A stretch of DNA of 64,000 bases from Escherichia coli (GTDB lineage Bacteria > Pseudomonadota > Gammaproteobacteria > Enterobacterales > Enterobacteriaceae): NCBI RefSeq assembly GCF_009931435.1, contig NZ_CP043414.1; one strand, given 5' to 3'. The notes below the pieces were generated by a model that was not told the origin of the DNA, made no database searches, and worked only from the letters and a program-made list of their open reading frames with translations. Shown here piece after piece: positions 33,578 to 43,361 of this stretch; positions within the stretch are counted from its first letter, which is position 1; every line of letters starts with the position of its first letter. The position numbers were made by a program, and so were the translations under genes.

Positions 33578-34834
33578 TCACAGCACAACCAGGGTATTTT
33601 CCTTGCGAGCGCGTTCGGCGGCAAAGACCATTAAATGACTTTCGAGCGATTCATCTGGTCCTGAAAGGATCATCGCTCGATCGTCAGCCATCACGGCATG
33701 GATAAAGCTGTCCATCAGATAGTAATCACCACCACCGTGCCCTCCCATTTGGGTGTGAGTGCCTGCGTTTTTCTCTTCAACGGTGTAAATAGTTTCCTGG
33801 TCGGTGAGAAAATCAAAACACCGAATGGTGTTGCCATCGCCTTCCAGATAACCTTTCGAACCGAAAACTCGGGTTTTGCGATCCTCCATTTTCGTAAAGG
33901 CTGTCATTGTAAAAGTGACGCTCTGCTGATGCGCAAACTGCATGTTTACCACTTGATGATCAACAACATCGTTATCGCAGCAATAAACACAGCGACCATA
34001 GGGGCCGTCACGCAGGGCCTGACGAATATTCTCTTCAGTAGGATTTGGTGTTAACACGTGGCGAAAGTGAAACGTACATTTATGGGCTTCGCCAGCATAA
34101 ATTTTGCATGCGGACCACGGGCAGGTCGCTTCTGCCTGGCAATCGAGACAGCGTTCGGCTGCGCCTTCAGGTTGGTTTTGTTTTACAAAATGGTTGAGCC
34201 CGCCAAATGAGCTAACGGTTTTACAGTTGTCTCCCATGATGTAGCGGATCCAGTCCAGATCGTGGCAGGACTTTTGTAACAACATAAATGATGATTCAGC
34301 CTCGTTGCGCCAGTTACCACGCACAAAAGAGTGTGCCTGGTGCCAGTAACCGACGGGTTCGAGATGCTGCATACTGATAATGTCGCCAATGATGCCGCTG
34401 TCGAGTAAGGATTTGAGTTTTTGTGTATATCGGGTGTAACGAAGAACGTGTGCGACGGCTAATAAGACATTATTGCGTTTGACGGCATCAATGATAATGC
34501 GGCAATCGTGCTCTGTTGGCGCGAGCGGTTTTTCCAACAGAATGTGATAACCGAGATCGGCAAAAGCGACGGCCGGATCTCTATGCATATTGTCTTGCGT
34601 ACAAATAAGTACAGCATCAGCCATTTTTGGCCGAGCAGCAGCCTCTTTCCAGTTGCTAAAAATATTATCTGTCGGGATCGTATGCCGGGACACAACTTGC
34701 TCGCGGTAAGCCTCTCTAGGTTCAGCAACACCTACCACTTGCATTCTGTCCGGATGCTCAAGGGCATAGCGGGAATATATTTCTCCACGTGCGCCTGCAC
34801 CTATTACTAAAACAGTGACTTTATTTTTACTCAT
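33578..34834 (-). CDS. Gfo/Idh/MocA-family NAD(P)-dependent oxidoreductase with Cys-rich insert
   Basis: N-terminal Rossmann VLVIGAGARG and EKP motif (LLEKPLA); internal Cys cluster CLDCQAEATCPWSACK ... CVYCCD. Confidence 0.75.
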   Translation of the reverse strand: MSKNKVTVLVIGAGARGEIYSRYALEHPDRMQVVGVAEPREAYREQVVSRHTIPTDNIFSNWKEAAARPKMADAVLICTQDNMHRDPAVAFADLGYHILLEKPLAPTEHDCRIIIDAVKRNNVLLAVAHVLRYTRYTQKLKSLLDSGIIGDIISMQHLEPVGYWHQAHSFVRGNWRNEAESSFMLLQKSCHDLDWIRYIMGDNCKTVSSFGGLNHFVKQNQPEGAAERCLDCQAEATCPWSACKIYAGEAHKCTFHFRHVLTPNPTEENIRQALRDGPYGRCVYCCDNDVVDHQVVNMQFAHQQSVTFTMTAFTKMEDRKTRVFGSKGYLEGDGNTIRCFDFLTDQETIYTVEEKNAGTHTQMGGHGGGDYYLMDSFIHAVMADDRAMILSGPDESLESHLMVFAAERARKENTLVVL

Positions 34835-34876
34835 ATAAAGAAATACCTTTCTGATAAATTCATCTTAATTGCTACG

Positions 34877-35635
34877 TTATAAATTACGAAAACTAACAAG
34901 ATGAAATCCGTGTTTTTCAATCGCATATTTGAGTGACGGTGTAGTCAGAACCGTAAGTTCTTCCAGCCGTTGATAGCAGTAACTGCTCGACATTAAGTGG
35001 TTATCTACAAATCCAGGGTGACACATAATTTCCAGCGATTTTTCATCACGTTTTATGGCGCTATCGAGGAGTGATAAAAAAAAGTCTTCTGAAATATTAT
35101 TATCGTAGAAATTACTGCTGAATCCCTCACTACTTTTGGCATCCAGCGAATCGATTTTTTTCTCTCGCAGGACAGAATGGTCTATACGTAATGGTAAATT
35201 TTTCTCACGCGCGAACCGCGCGACAACGGGATAAACCTGCGGGAGCATATGAACGCTGTGATGGCTGTCTAAATGGGTGGGCTCCCGTTTAAATACATCA
35301 ATAAAACGTTGATATTGAGAATTCAGTTCCTGTTCAATTTCACCCGTGTTTAATTGCCCTTGCTCCGCGACATCCCAGATCCATTTACCTAATTGGCCTG
35401 CGCGTACCAGCGAAGGCATATCCGTTAAGGCAGCGCCATAGCTCAAAACAAAATGTAACCCGACGCCGAGCTGTGGGGTTTCGGCACTTAAAGAGGCAGC
35501 ATGATCAATTGCCGGAGCATTCATCATCGCAGTTGTTGAGCGAACGACACCATTTCGTACTGCCTCGATAATTCCATAATTAATACCTTTACTTAGTCCA
35601 AAGTCATCCGCATTCACAATTAATAAGCGTTGCAT
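34877..35635 (-). CDS. YdjC/ChbG-family carbohydrate deacetylase
   Basis: MQRLLIVNADDFGLSKGINYGIIEA... and HLDSHH metal-site motif typical of the ChbG/YdjC family. Confidence 0.85.
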   Translation of the reverse strand: MQRLLIVNADDFGLSKGINYGIIEAVRNGVVRSTTAMMNAPAIDHAASLSAETPQLGVGLHFVLSYGAALTDMPSLVRAGQLGKWIWDVAEQGQLNTGEIEQELNSQYQRFIDVFKREPTHLDSHHSVHMLPQVYPVVARFAREKNLPLRIDHSVLREKKIDSLDAKSSEGFSSNFYDNNISEDFFLSLLDSAIKRDEKSLEIMCHPGFVDNHLMSSSYCYQRLEELTVLTTPSLKYAIEKHGFHLVSFRNL

Positions 35636-35647
35636 AAGGCGTCCTTG

Positions 35648-37000
35648 TTATTGATGAGATTGGGTAAGTTCAGCAATGGTGCTGGAAAATTGAGGCAGAT
35701 GTTTTTTATGGGCAATGATCAGTTCACGTACTAATTTTTCAGCGTCGTTATCCGAGGTCATTAGCGGGTTAAGGCACAGAGCCAGCAGCGTATCGTTATA
35801 GTTACCACTTATTGCCGCCCGGGCTGCCGCGATCTCAAAACATTTGATTGAATGAATGAGCCCCAGTACATTTTCGTCAAAATGAGTGAGACGCGGGTGG
35901 GGGGTAACACCGTTATTCCCCAGAATGCAGGTCATTTCAACGGTCCAGTCTTCAGGGATATTTTTTACACTGCCCTTGTGTGGAATATTAACGTAGTGTT
36001 CTGTTTGCGTGTCATTATAAATTGCATTAATAACGGCACAGGCTGCATCTGAATAATACGCACCACCACGCAGCTCCAGTTCTTCAGGTTTTGTATTTAG
36101 TTCTGGGTCCTTATACAGCTCAAATAATTTTTTCTCTAATGCCTGCACGACTTGTGCACGAACGCCATTTTTATAAAATTCCCCCATCTCAATAGCGAGC
36201 ATTTCTTTATGTTTAAAATAGTAACGTAAGTAAGCACAGGGCAGGAGATTAAGTGCCCGAATTAAATTAGGATTGAAGGTTAAACTGTCAATATTTTTGA
36301 CGGTACTTCCTTCAAGCAAACCTTCAACGACGCCATCGAGCAATTCAGCAAAACGTGATTGTCCATTGACCCATACGTCTTTAAGAAAGACCATATGATT
36401 TAAGCCAAATATGTCTATTGAAAGATCATCGTCCGCGCCAAGTTTTAGGGCATTGCAAACGAAGCTCTTCATCCCAATAGGGACATTACAGACACCGATA
36501 AAACGTTTAAATTGGGTATGGCGGTACACGGCTTCAGTAACCATCCCGGCAGGATTGGTAAAATTAATAATCCAGGCATCAGGGCAAAGTTCCTCAACAT
36601 CTTTGATAATATCAAAAACTACTGGAATGGTTCGTAACCCGTTGAATAAACCGCCCGCGCCATTGGTTTCTTGCCCGAGATATCCCTGACTTAGTGGAAT
36701 CAACTCATCCATTTCCCGAGCTTTTAATTGCCCGACCCGAAATTGTGTGGTGACAAAGTGCGCGCCCTGTAATGCAGCGCGACGGTCAAGTGTTTTCACT
36801 ATTTTTAACGGAATGCCAGCTTTTATCACCATCCGCTGACAAAGGTCGAAAATAATGTCCAGCTTTTCTTTGCCTTCTTCAATATCAACTAACCATAATT
36901 CACTGACCGGTAATTCATCGTAGCGTTTTATGAATCCTTCAAGGAGTTCTGGTGTATAGCTACTGCCACCGCCAATAGTAACGATTTTTAAGTTTTTCAT
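35648..37000 (-). CDS. glycoside hydrolase family 4 NAD+/Mn2+-dependent 6-phospho-glycosidase (ChbF-like), 450 aa
   Basis: N-terminal KIVTIGGGSSYTPEL dinucleotide-binding signature and GH4-type core (…FINFTNPAG…CNVPIGM…). Confidence 0.85.
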   Translation of the reverse strand: MKNLKIVTIGGGSSYTPELLEGFIKRYDELPVSELWLVDIEEGKEKLDIIFDLCQRMVIKAGIPLKIVKTLDRRAALQGAHFVTTQFRVGQLKAREMDELIPLSQGYLGQETNGAGGLFNGLRTIPVVFDIIKDVEELCPDAWIINFTNPAGMVTEAVYRHTQFKRFIGVCNVPIGMKSFVCNALKLGADDDLSIDIFGLNHMVFLKDVWVNGQSRFAELLDGVVEGLLEGSTVKNIDSLTFNPNLIRALNLLPCAYLRYYFKHKEMLAIEMGEFYKNGVRAQVVQALEKKLFELYKDPELNTKPEELELRGGAYYSDAACAVINAIYNDTQTEHYVNIPHKGSVKNIPEDWTVEMTCILGNNGVTPHPRLTHFDENVLGLIHSIKCFEIAAARAAISGNYNDTLLALCLNPLMTSDNDAEKLVRELIIAHKKHLPQFSSTIAELTQSHQ

Positions 37001-37077
37001 GTTACTTCCATACTCAATATTAAATTGACTTGTGATGCCATGGTTTTATCTAAACGCTGGCATGATGAAGTGTGCTA

Positions 37078-38439
37078 TTAAAACTTTAATGCATTGGCAA
37101 TGTCTTCTTCGCTTTCTTGTTTAATTATTTCAACTTGTGCTTTGTTTGAGATAATGACAAAGGGAAGATAAACCATTGTGGCAACACCTAAGTTAAAGAG
37201 CGCCAGGAGTAATCCAGCAATGCTACCATTCGAGCTAAAGAACGCATTGAGTCCAGGAGGCATGGTCCAGGGGGCAATATTTGTTGATGGCGGAATAATA
37301 CCCATGTTATAGGCGATTAAGGTAATCCCGGCGAGAATAGGTTGAATCATCACAAACGGGATTAACATAATGGGGTTCATAATGATCGGCAAACCAAATA
37401 AAATAGGTTCGTTGATATTAAAGATACCAGAAGGTAACGCTAATTTAGCAACCTGACGATAATCTTCCCGGCGTGACGCAATGAAAATGGCGAAAATGAG
37501 TCCCAGCGTTGCCCCTGTTCCACCGAGGAACACGTAAGCGTCAAGCATTGGCCCGGTCCAGAAATGGAAGGTTTTTCCTGCTTCCAGTGCCGCTTGTACT
37601 GAACCATATTGTGTATAGGTGGCGATATTCTCCAGTCCCCACGGACCCAACGTGCTGCTTTGCAACGCGGTTAATACTAAGCCGCCGTGGATACCAAAGA
37701 ACCATAACAGGGAATTAAAGACAACGAATGTCCAGCCAACAATACCGCTCATTGACGTTAATGGCGTAGCCAGTGAGGTGATAATGACCTGATGGAAATT
37801 GGTGCCATATATCGACAATATCCCAGACAAACTACCCATAATTAACAGGATGATAAACCCGGGCACCATTGCTGAGAATGAGCGTGATACTGCGGTCGGA
37901 ACACTCGCGGGCAACCGAATCACCCAATTGCGGCGGATAATAAAAGCGAAAATTTCCGCTACAACTAATCCAATGATCATACCAGACAGAATATTGGCGC
38001 CGCCTAACCAGTTTGCACCAATGACATTAGCGGTTTCTCCTGCCTTGAAGGGGGTGACAGTCATAAACGCTGCGACAGAGAGTAAGCCAACGGATAACGA
38101 ATCAACTTTCCGTTCTTCGGCCAACCCCATCCCAATAAAAAAGGGGGTCATGAGTGACATAATGCCCAGCGTGCCATGATAAGCACTGTCACCGACGACG
38201 GTGAAGGCGCTTAAGGTTTTTATGGTCGATGGTTCCAGTCGGACGCCTAATGAATAAAAAAAGGAGCCTTCGCCAAAATCTAAAAAAACGCTATTAATGA
38301 GGACAAATAACGTACCGGCTAACGTTAATGGCATCATACGGATAAAACCGTTTTTTATTGCATTGACGTGAGGTTGTTTCCCTAATTTAACTGCAAAAGG
38401 AAGAATGAGTTTTTCAAGTAACGCCATCACTCCGGGCAT
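37078..38439 (-). CDS. PTS lactose/cellobiose-family EIIC component (ChbC-like)
   Basis: 453-aa polytopic membrane ORF with the lactose/cellobiose-family EIIC motif …[14 protein letters not shown]…. Confidence 0.85.
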   Translation of the reverse strand: MPGVMALLEKLILPFAVKLGKQPHVNAIKNGFIRMMPLTLAGTLFVLINSVFLDFGEGSFFYSLGVRLEPSTIKTLSAFTVVGDSAYHGTLGIMSLMTPFFIGMGLAEERKVDSLSVGLLSVAAFMTVTPFKAGETANVIGANWLGGANILSGMIIGLVVAEIFAFIIRRNWVIRLPASVPTAVSRSFSAMVPGFIILLIMGSLSGILSIYGTNFHQVIITSLATPLTSMSGIVGWTFVVFNSLLWFFGIHGGLVLTALQSSTLGPWGLENIATYTQYGSVQAALEAGKTFHFWTGPMLDAYVFLGGTGATLGLIFAIFIASRREDYRQVAKLALPSGIFNINEPILFGLPIIMNPIMLIPFVMIQPILAGITLIAYNMGIIPPSTNIAPWTMPPGLNAFFSSNGSIAGLLLALFNLGVATMVYLPFVIISNKAQVEIIKQESEEDIANALKF

Positions 38440-38508
38440 AAAAATATCCTTATATACCGATTAATGTATCACTGCGACTTTGGTTTTATTAATATCCTGT
38501 TGCTATGG

Positions 38509-38826
38509 TTACTTTTGCTCTTTTTTTATTATGGCGATAGCTGATTTTAGAACACCTAAGCCATCAATTTTTCCATATAACATTGAATCAATAACTTCCA
38601 CTGGCTTTCCTGGTAATAAGCTTTGGATCTCTGATTGCATGTAAGCAATTTGAGGTCCCAATAATATAACATCGGCTTCCGGCCCTTTCTCTGCGGCAAC
38701 AGATTCGGAGAATGCTTCGATAATTACTGGCACATCATATTTTATCGCCTGCACTTTCATTTTTGACACCAGCAGTGATGTTGACATTCCCGCTGAACAA
38801 AATAAGTATATTTTTTTCTTTTCCAT
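38509..38826 (-). CDS. PTS lactose/cellobiose-family EIIB component (ChbB-like), 105 aa
   Basis: ORF 38509..39042; start set at [23 protein letters not shown] (phospho-Cys motif), preceded by GGAG. Confidence 0.8.
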   Translation of the reverse strand: MEKKKIYLFCSAGMSTSLLVSKMKVQAIKYDVPVIIEAFSESVAAEKGPEADVILLGPQIAYMQSEIQSLLPGKPVEVIDSMLYGKIDGLGVLKSAIAIIKKEQK

Positions 38827-39059
38827 AGGGACTCCAGATATATTACGTAATAATATATTTGTCATGCCATGAATGGCATATGAGGCGACTTTAATTAAAA
38901 AGGCACGGATGTTTATATTGATTTCCTGAATGTCGTCTTTTGGTATTAATCTCAAAAATTTCAGGAGCCATTGAATAATCTGGTTTATAGGATTGAATGT
39001 CAAGAGAGTGAAATTGTGGGCGTGTTGTAATAAAAATAGCACGGCTTTCGGTAGGTTTC

Positions 39060-39165
39060 TTTTTTAGCGGAATGAAAAGTACAGGCAAAATGGTAATTGA
39101 ATAAATTAACGTTTTTTCAATAGATTACGTTTTTTTCTGCCTACAGGAATGAAAAAAACAACAAT
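39060..39165 (-). promoter_or_regulatory. putative promoter/operator region of the EIIB-led operon with two GGAATGAAAA repeats
   Basis: gcggaatgaaaagtacagg and acaggaatgaaaaaaacaac about 75 bp apart in AT-rich DNA upstream of the EIIB start. Confidence 0.35.
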
Positions 39166-39211
39166 CTAAAAATACTTTAGATATGTGAGAGTTATCACTT
39201 ACTTTTCGTGG

Positions 39212-39245
39212 GGAAAACGGGGAAACACAGTCTCCCCGTTTTCCG
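39212..39245 (-). terminator. garD rho-independent terminator
   Basis: aaacgggga...tccccgttt hairpin immediately downstream of garD stop. Confidence 0.65.
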
Positions 39246-39259
39246 TTCATGCAAGGCCG

Positions 39260-40831
39260 TCAAGTCACCGGTGCCGGGTTAAACACCGCCAGCTGGTTAT
39301 GCAGTCCCCATTGATCTGAGAAGGTTTTCTTCTTCCCGCTGGCGACGTCGAGAATAAAATGGAACAATTTCCAGCCCACCTCTTCAATAGTTTCTTCGCC
39401 GGTAGCGATGGTGCCCGCATTAATATCCATTAAATCAAACCAGCGGTTCGCCAGCTCGGTGCGGGTCGCCATTTTAATGACGGGTACCGCCATCAGGCCG
39501 TACGGCGTGCCGCGACCGGTCGTAAACACTTGCACGGTAATCCCTGATGCCACCTGTTGCGTGCCACAGACAAAATCGCTGGCTGGCGTCGCGGCGTAAA
39601 TTAATCCGCGTTTAGTCGGGCGTTGACCGGGCGATAGCACTTCAACAATTGCGCTTTTACCCGATTTAGCAATGGAGCCGAGAGCCTTCTCCACTACGTT
39701 TGCCAGACCGCCTTTCTTGTTGCCCGGAGAAGGGTTGGCGCTGCGGTCGGTTTTTCCCATATTGAGATAGTTATCGTACCACTCCATCTCCTCCAGCAGC
39801 CGTTTGCCGACCTCTTCGTTCACTGCGCGTGGTGTCAGCAGATGGATCGCGTCACGCACTTCTGTGACTTCTGAAAACATCACCGTTGCGCCGCAGCGCA
39901 CCAGTAGATCAGACGCATACCCAACCGCCGGGTTTGCCGTTACGCCAGAAAACGCATCGCTGCCACCGCACTGCATGCCGACAACCAGTTCTGAAGCCGG
40001 ACAGGTTTCTCGCTGACGTTGATTCAGTTTTTGTAGATGGCGTTCGGCGACCTGCAAAATATCCTCGACCATGGACTGAAAACCGACATGCTTTTCATCC
40101 TGCAAACTGACAATGCTGGCGCTTTCTACTGGAATAGCTTGCACATCATCCGTTCCAGTCAGCAGGCGCTCAGGCTGCAACTTTTCACAACCCAGACCAA
40201 TCACCATTACTTCGCCGCCAAAGTTAGGGTTCAGCGAAATATTGTGAATGGTACGAATAGGCACAACTGCCGCCGGTGCGTTAATCGCCACGCCACAACC
40301 GTACAAATGATTCAGCCCCACCACGCCATCGACGTTCGGGTATTTCGGTAGCAGATCGCGTTCAATGATTTTTACTACATAGTCCACCACGCCTGCCACA
40401 CAGTGGACGCTGGTGGTGATGCCGAGCAGGTTTTTGGTGCCCACGCTGCCATCGGCATTGCGATAGCCCTCAAAGGTGTATCCTTCCAGTGGCGGTAAGG
40501 GGGCCGGGACTTTAGTTGCCAGTGGCAGCGTGTGTAACGGTGGCGCTTCCGGTAGTACAACCATTGATTCGTCGATCCAGCTTCCGCGTGGGATTGCGCG
40601 CACGGCGTAACCAATCACTTCACCATAACGAATAATTTCACCATTAGCCGGAATGTCCAGCAATGCGACTTTATGCCCCTGGGGAATATGTTCAATTAAT
40701 TCCAGCCCATCCGGAAAACGCGTTCCTGCTTTCAGGCCATTATCATTAACAATAATTGCCACATTATCTGTGTCGTGAACTTTTATATAAAACGCAGTTG
40801 GCGTTTCTTGTCTGATTTCGATGTTGGCCAT
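39260..40831 (-). CDS. garD: galactarate dehydratase (L-threo-3-deoxy-hexulosonate-forming)
   Basis: 523 aa; [28 protein letters not shown]...; divergent from garPLRK. Confidence 0.9.
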   Translation of the reverse strand: MANIEIRQETPTAFYIKVHDTDNVAIIVNDNGLKAGTRFPDGLELIEHIPQGHKVALLDIPANGEIIRYGEVIGYAVRAIPRGSWIDESMVVLPEAPPLHTLPLATKVPAPLPPLEGYTFEGYRNADGSVGTKNLLGITTSVHCVAGVVDYVVKIIERDLLPKYPNVDGVVGLNHLYGCGVAINAPAAVVPIRTIHNISLNPNFGGEVMVIGLGCEKLQPERLLTGTDDVQAIPVESASIVSLQDEKHVGFQSMVEDILQVAERHLQKLNQRQRETCPASELVVGMQCGGSDAFSGVTANPAVGYASDLLVRCGATVMFSEVTEVRDAIHLLTPRAVNEEVGKRLLEEMEWYDNYLNMGKTDRSANPSPGNKKGGLANVVEKALGSIAKSGKSAIVEVLSPGQRPTKRGLIYAATPASDFVCGTQQVASGITVQVFTTGRGTPYGLMAVPVIKMATRTELANRWFDLMDINAGTIATGEETIEEVGWKLFHFILDVASGKKKTFSDQWGLHNQLAVFNPAPVT

Positions 40832-41205
40832 TGTGCAATATTCTCCAGCCAGGGGTTATTAAAATGAGGACCTGGTCTCATTTAAAAATAAATGACTTCA
40901 TTGGGTGAAATAAGAATGTCAGGAGTTTAAACGCAGAAATGTGATCAATGTCAATCATTTCAGGGATTGCAGTGCCGCCCGGCAGGGTAAAGCGCAAATC
41001 TGTGCTTTAGCGCGCAACCTTATGTGCATATGCTCAAAATAATATTTAAATAGTAATAATTAAATTAGCATTTGCACAATGATTATTATTCTCTCGCTGC
41101 TTATACTAATTCCTGAGTTCATTGTCGTAACGGCATAAATTAAACTCATAAATAACACCTTCCCCATAATAATAAAAATCAGCATAAGTACCCGAGGTAA
41201 ATAAA

Positions 41206-42540
41206 ATGATTCTGGACACCGTTGACGTAAAAAAGAAAGGCGTGCATACCCGCTATTTAATATTACTGATTATTTTTATTGTTACCGCCGTTAACTACGC
41301 CGATCGTGCAACGCTGTCTATTGCTGGTACCGAAGTGGCAAAAGAGTTGCAGTTAAGTGCGGTTTCGATGGGTTACATCTTTTCTGCTTTTGGCTGGGCC
41401 TACTTGCTGATGCAAATCCCCGGCGGCTGGCTGCTTGATAAGTTTGGCTCGAAAAAAGTTTACACCTACAGCCTCTTTTTCTGGTCGCTATTCACCTTCC
41501 TGCAAGGCTTTGTTGATATGTTCCCGCTGGCCTGGGCAGGGATCTCCATGTTCTTTATGCGCTTTATGCTCGGCTTCTCGGAAGCGCCATCATTCCCGGC
41601 GAACGCCCGTATTGTCGCCGCCTGGTTCCCGACGAAAGAACGTGGTACTGCCTCCGCCATCTTTAACTCGGCGCAATATTTCTCGCTGGCGCTCTTTTCG
41701 CCTCTGCTTGGCTGGCTGACTTTCGCCTGGGGATGGGAGCACGTCTTTACCGTTATGGGGGTGATTGGTTTTGTGCTGACGGCGCTGTGGATCAAGTTGA
41801 TTCATAACCCGACAGATCACCCACGTATGTCTGCGGAAGAGCTGAAGTTTATATCTGAAAATGGCGCGGTGGTCGATATGGACCACAAAAAGCCGGGCAG
41901 CGCGGCAGCAAGCGGTCCCAAACTGCATTACATCAAGCAATTGCTCTCTAACCGCATGATGTTGGGCGTATTTTTCGGACAATATTTTATCAACACCATC
42001 ACCTGGTTCTTCCTCACCTGGTTCCCGATTTATCTGGTGCAGGAAAAAGGCATGTCGATTCTGAAAGTGGGTCTGGTCGCCTCGATTCCGGCACTGTGTG
42101 GTTTTGCGGGCGGCGTGCTGGGAGGTGTCTTCTCGGATTATCTGATCAAACGCGGTTTGTCCCTGACCCTGGCACGTAAGCTACCGATTGTGCTGGGAAT
42201 GTTGCTGGCTTCCACCATCATATTATGTAACTACACCAACAACACCACGCTGGTGGTCATGCTGATGGCGCTGGCTTTTTTTGGCAAAGGATTTGGTGCT
42301 CTGGGCTGGCCGGTGATTTCTGACACCGCGCCGAAAGAGATTGTTGGCCTCTGCGGCGGCGTCTTTAACGTCTTTGGAAATGTTGCCTCCATTGTCACTC
42401 CACTGGTGATTGGCTACCTGGTAAGTGAACTGCACTCCTTCAATGCAGCACTGGTTTTCGTGGGATGTTCAGCGCTGATGGCGATGGTCTGCTACCTCTT
42501 CGTAGTTGGCGACATTAAACGTATGGAATTGCAGAAATAA
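41206..42540 (+). CDS. garP: MFS galactarate/glucarate/glycerate transporter
   Basis: 444 aa MFS permease, first gene of garPLRK. Confidence 0.9.
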   Translation: MILDTVDVKKKGVHTRYLILLIIFIVTAVNYADRATLSIAGTEVAKELQLSAVSMGYIFSAFGWAYLLMQIPGGWLLDKFGSKKVYTYSLFFWSLFTFLQGFVDMFPLAWAGISMFFMRFMLGFSEAPSFPANARIVAAWFPTKERGTASAIFNSAQYFSLALFSPLLGWLTFAWGWEHVFTVMGVIGFVLTALWIKLIHNPTDHPRMSAEELKFISENGAVVDMDHKKPGSAAASGPKLHYIKQLLSNRMMLGVFFGQYFINTITWFFLTWFPIYLVQEKGMSILKVGLVASIPALCGFAGGVLGGVFSDYLIKRGLSLTLARKLPIVLGMLLASTIILCNYTNNTTLVVMLMALAFFGKGFGALGWPVISDTAPKEIVGLCGGVFNVFGNVASIVTPLVIGYLVSELHSFNAALVFVGCSALMAMVCYLFVVGDIKRMELQK

Positions 42541-42555
42541 GCAAAGGTATAAGCG

Positions 42556-43326
42556 ATGAATAACGATGTTTTCCCGAATAAATTCAAAGCCGCACTGGCT
42601 GCGAAACAGGTACAAATTGGTTGCTGGTCAGCACTTTCTAATCCGATCAGTACAGAAGTTCTTGGTTTAGCTGGCTTTGACTGGCTGGTGCTGGATGGCG
42701 AACATGCGCCGAACGATATCTCCACGTTCATTCCGCAGTTAATGGCCCTGAAAGGCAGCGCCAGCGCGCCAGTAGTGCGAGTGCCGACCAACGAGCCGGT
42801 AATTATAAAGCGTCTTCTGGATATCGGTTTCTATAACTTCCTGATTCCTTTTGTAGAAACAAAAGAGGAAGCAGAGCAGGCGGTGGCATCAACCCGTTAC
42901 CCACCGGAAGGCATTCGCGGCGTCTCCGTTTCTCACCGCGCCAATATGTTTGGCACCGTGGCGGATTATTTCGCTCAGTCGAACAAGAACATCACCATTC
43001 TGGTCCAGATAGAAAGTCAGCAGGGCGTAGATAACGTCGATGCCATTGCCGCTACCGAAGGTGTAGACGGTATCTTCGTCGGCCCCAGCGATCTGGCTGC
43101 GGCATTAGGCCATCTCGGCAATGCCTCGCACCCGGATGTACAAAAAGCAATCCAGCATATTTTTAACCGTGCCAGTGCGCACGGCAAACCCAGCGGTATC
43201 CTCGCGCCGGTCGAAGCCGATGCGCGTCGTTATCTGGAATGGGGCGCGACGTTTGTGGCTGTCGGCAGCGATCTCGGCGTCTTCCGCTCTGCCACTCAGA
43301 AACTGGCTGATACCTTTAAAAAATAA
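42556..43326 (+). CDS. garL: 5-keto-4-deoxy-D-glucarate (2-dehydro-3-deoxyglucarate) aldolase
   Basis: 256 aa HpcH/HpaI aldolase family. Confidence 0.9.
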
Positions 43327-43361
43327 CCACCACCGCAACAAGAGAGATGATTGATATGACT

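Noticed and set aside
38827-39042. N-terminal extension of the PTS EIIB ORF (177-aa version)
   Set aside because: The EIIB fold (~105 aa) starts at [13 protein letters not shown] with its own RBS; upstream part is AT-rich leader
31301-39259. Mobile-element origin of the inserted locus (IS/integrase/attachment repeats)
   Set aside because: No transposase, integrase or tRNA gene and no obvious terminal inverted or direct repeats at the boundaries; acquisition mechanism remains unknown rather than attributable to a recognisable mobile element
31300-39260. Toxin-antitoxin pair prlF-yhaV expected between agaR and garD
   Set aside because: No small antitoxin/toxin-sized ORF pair is present here; the space is occupied by the chb-like locus (coordinates given only to mark the interval searched)
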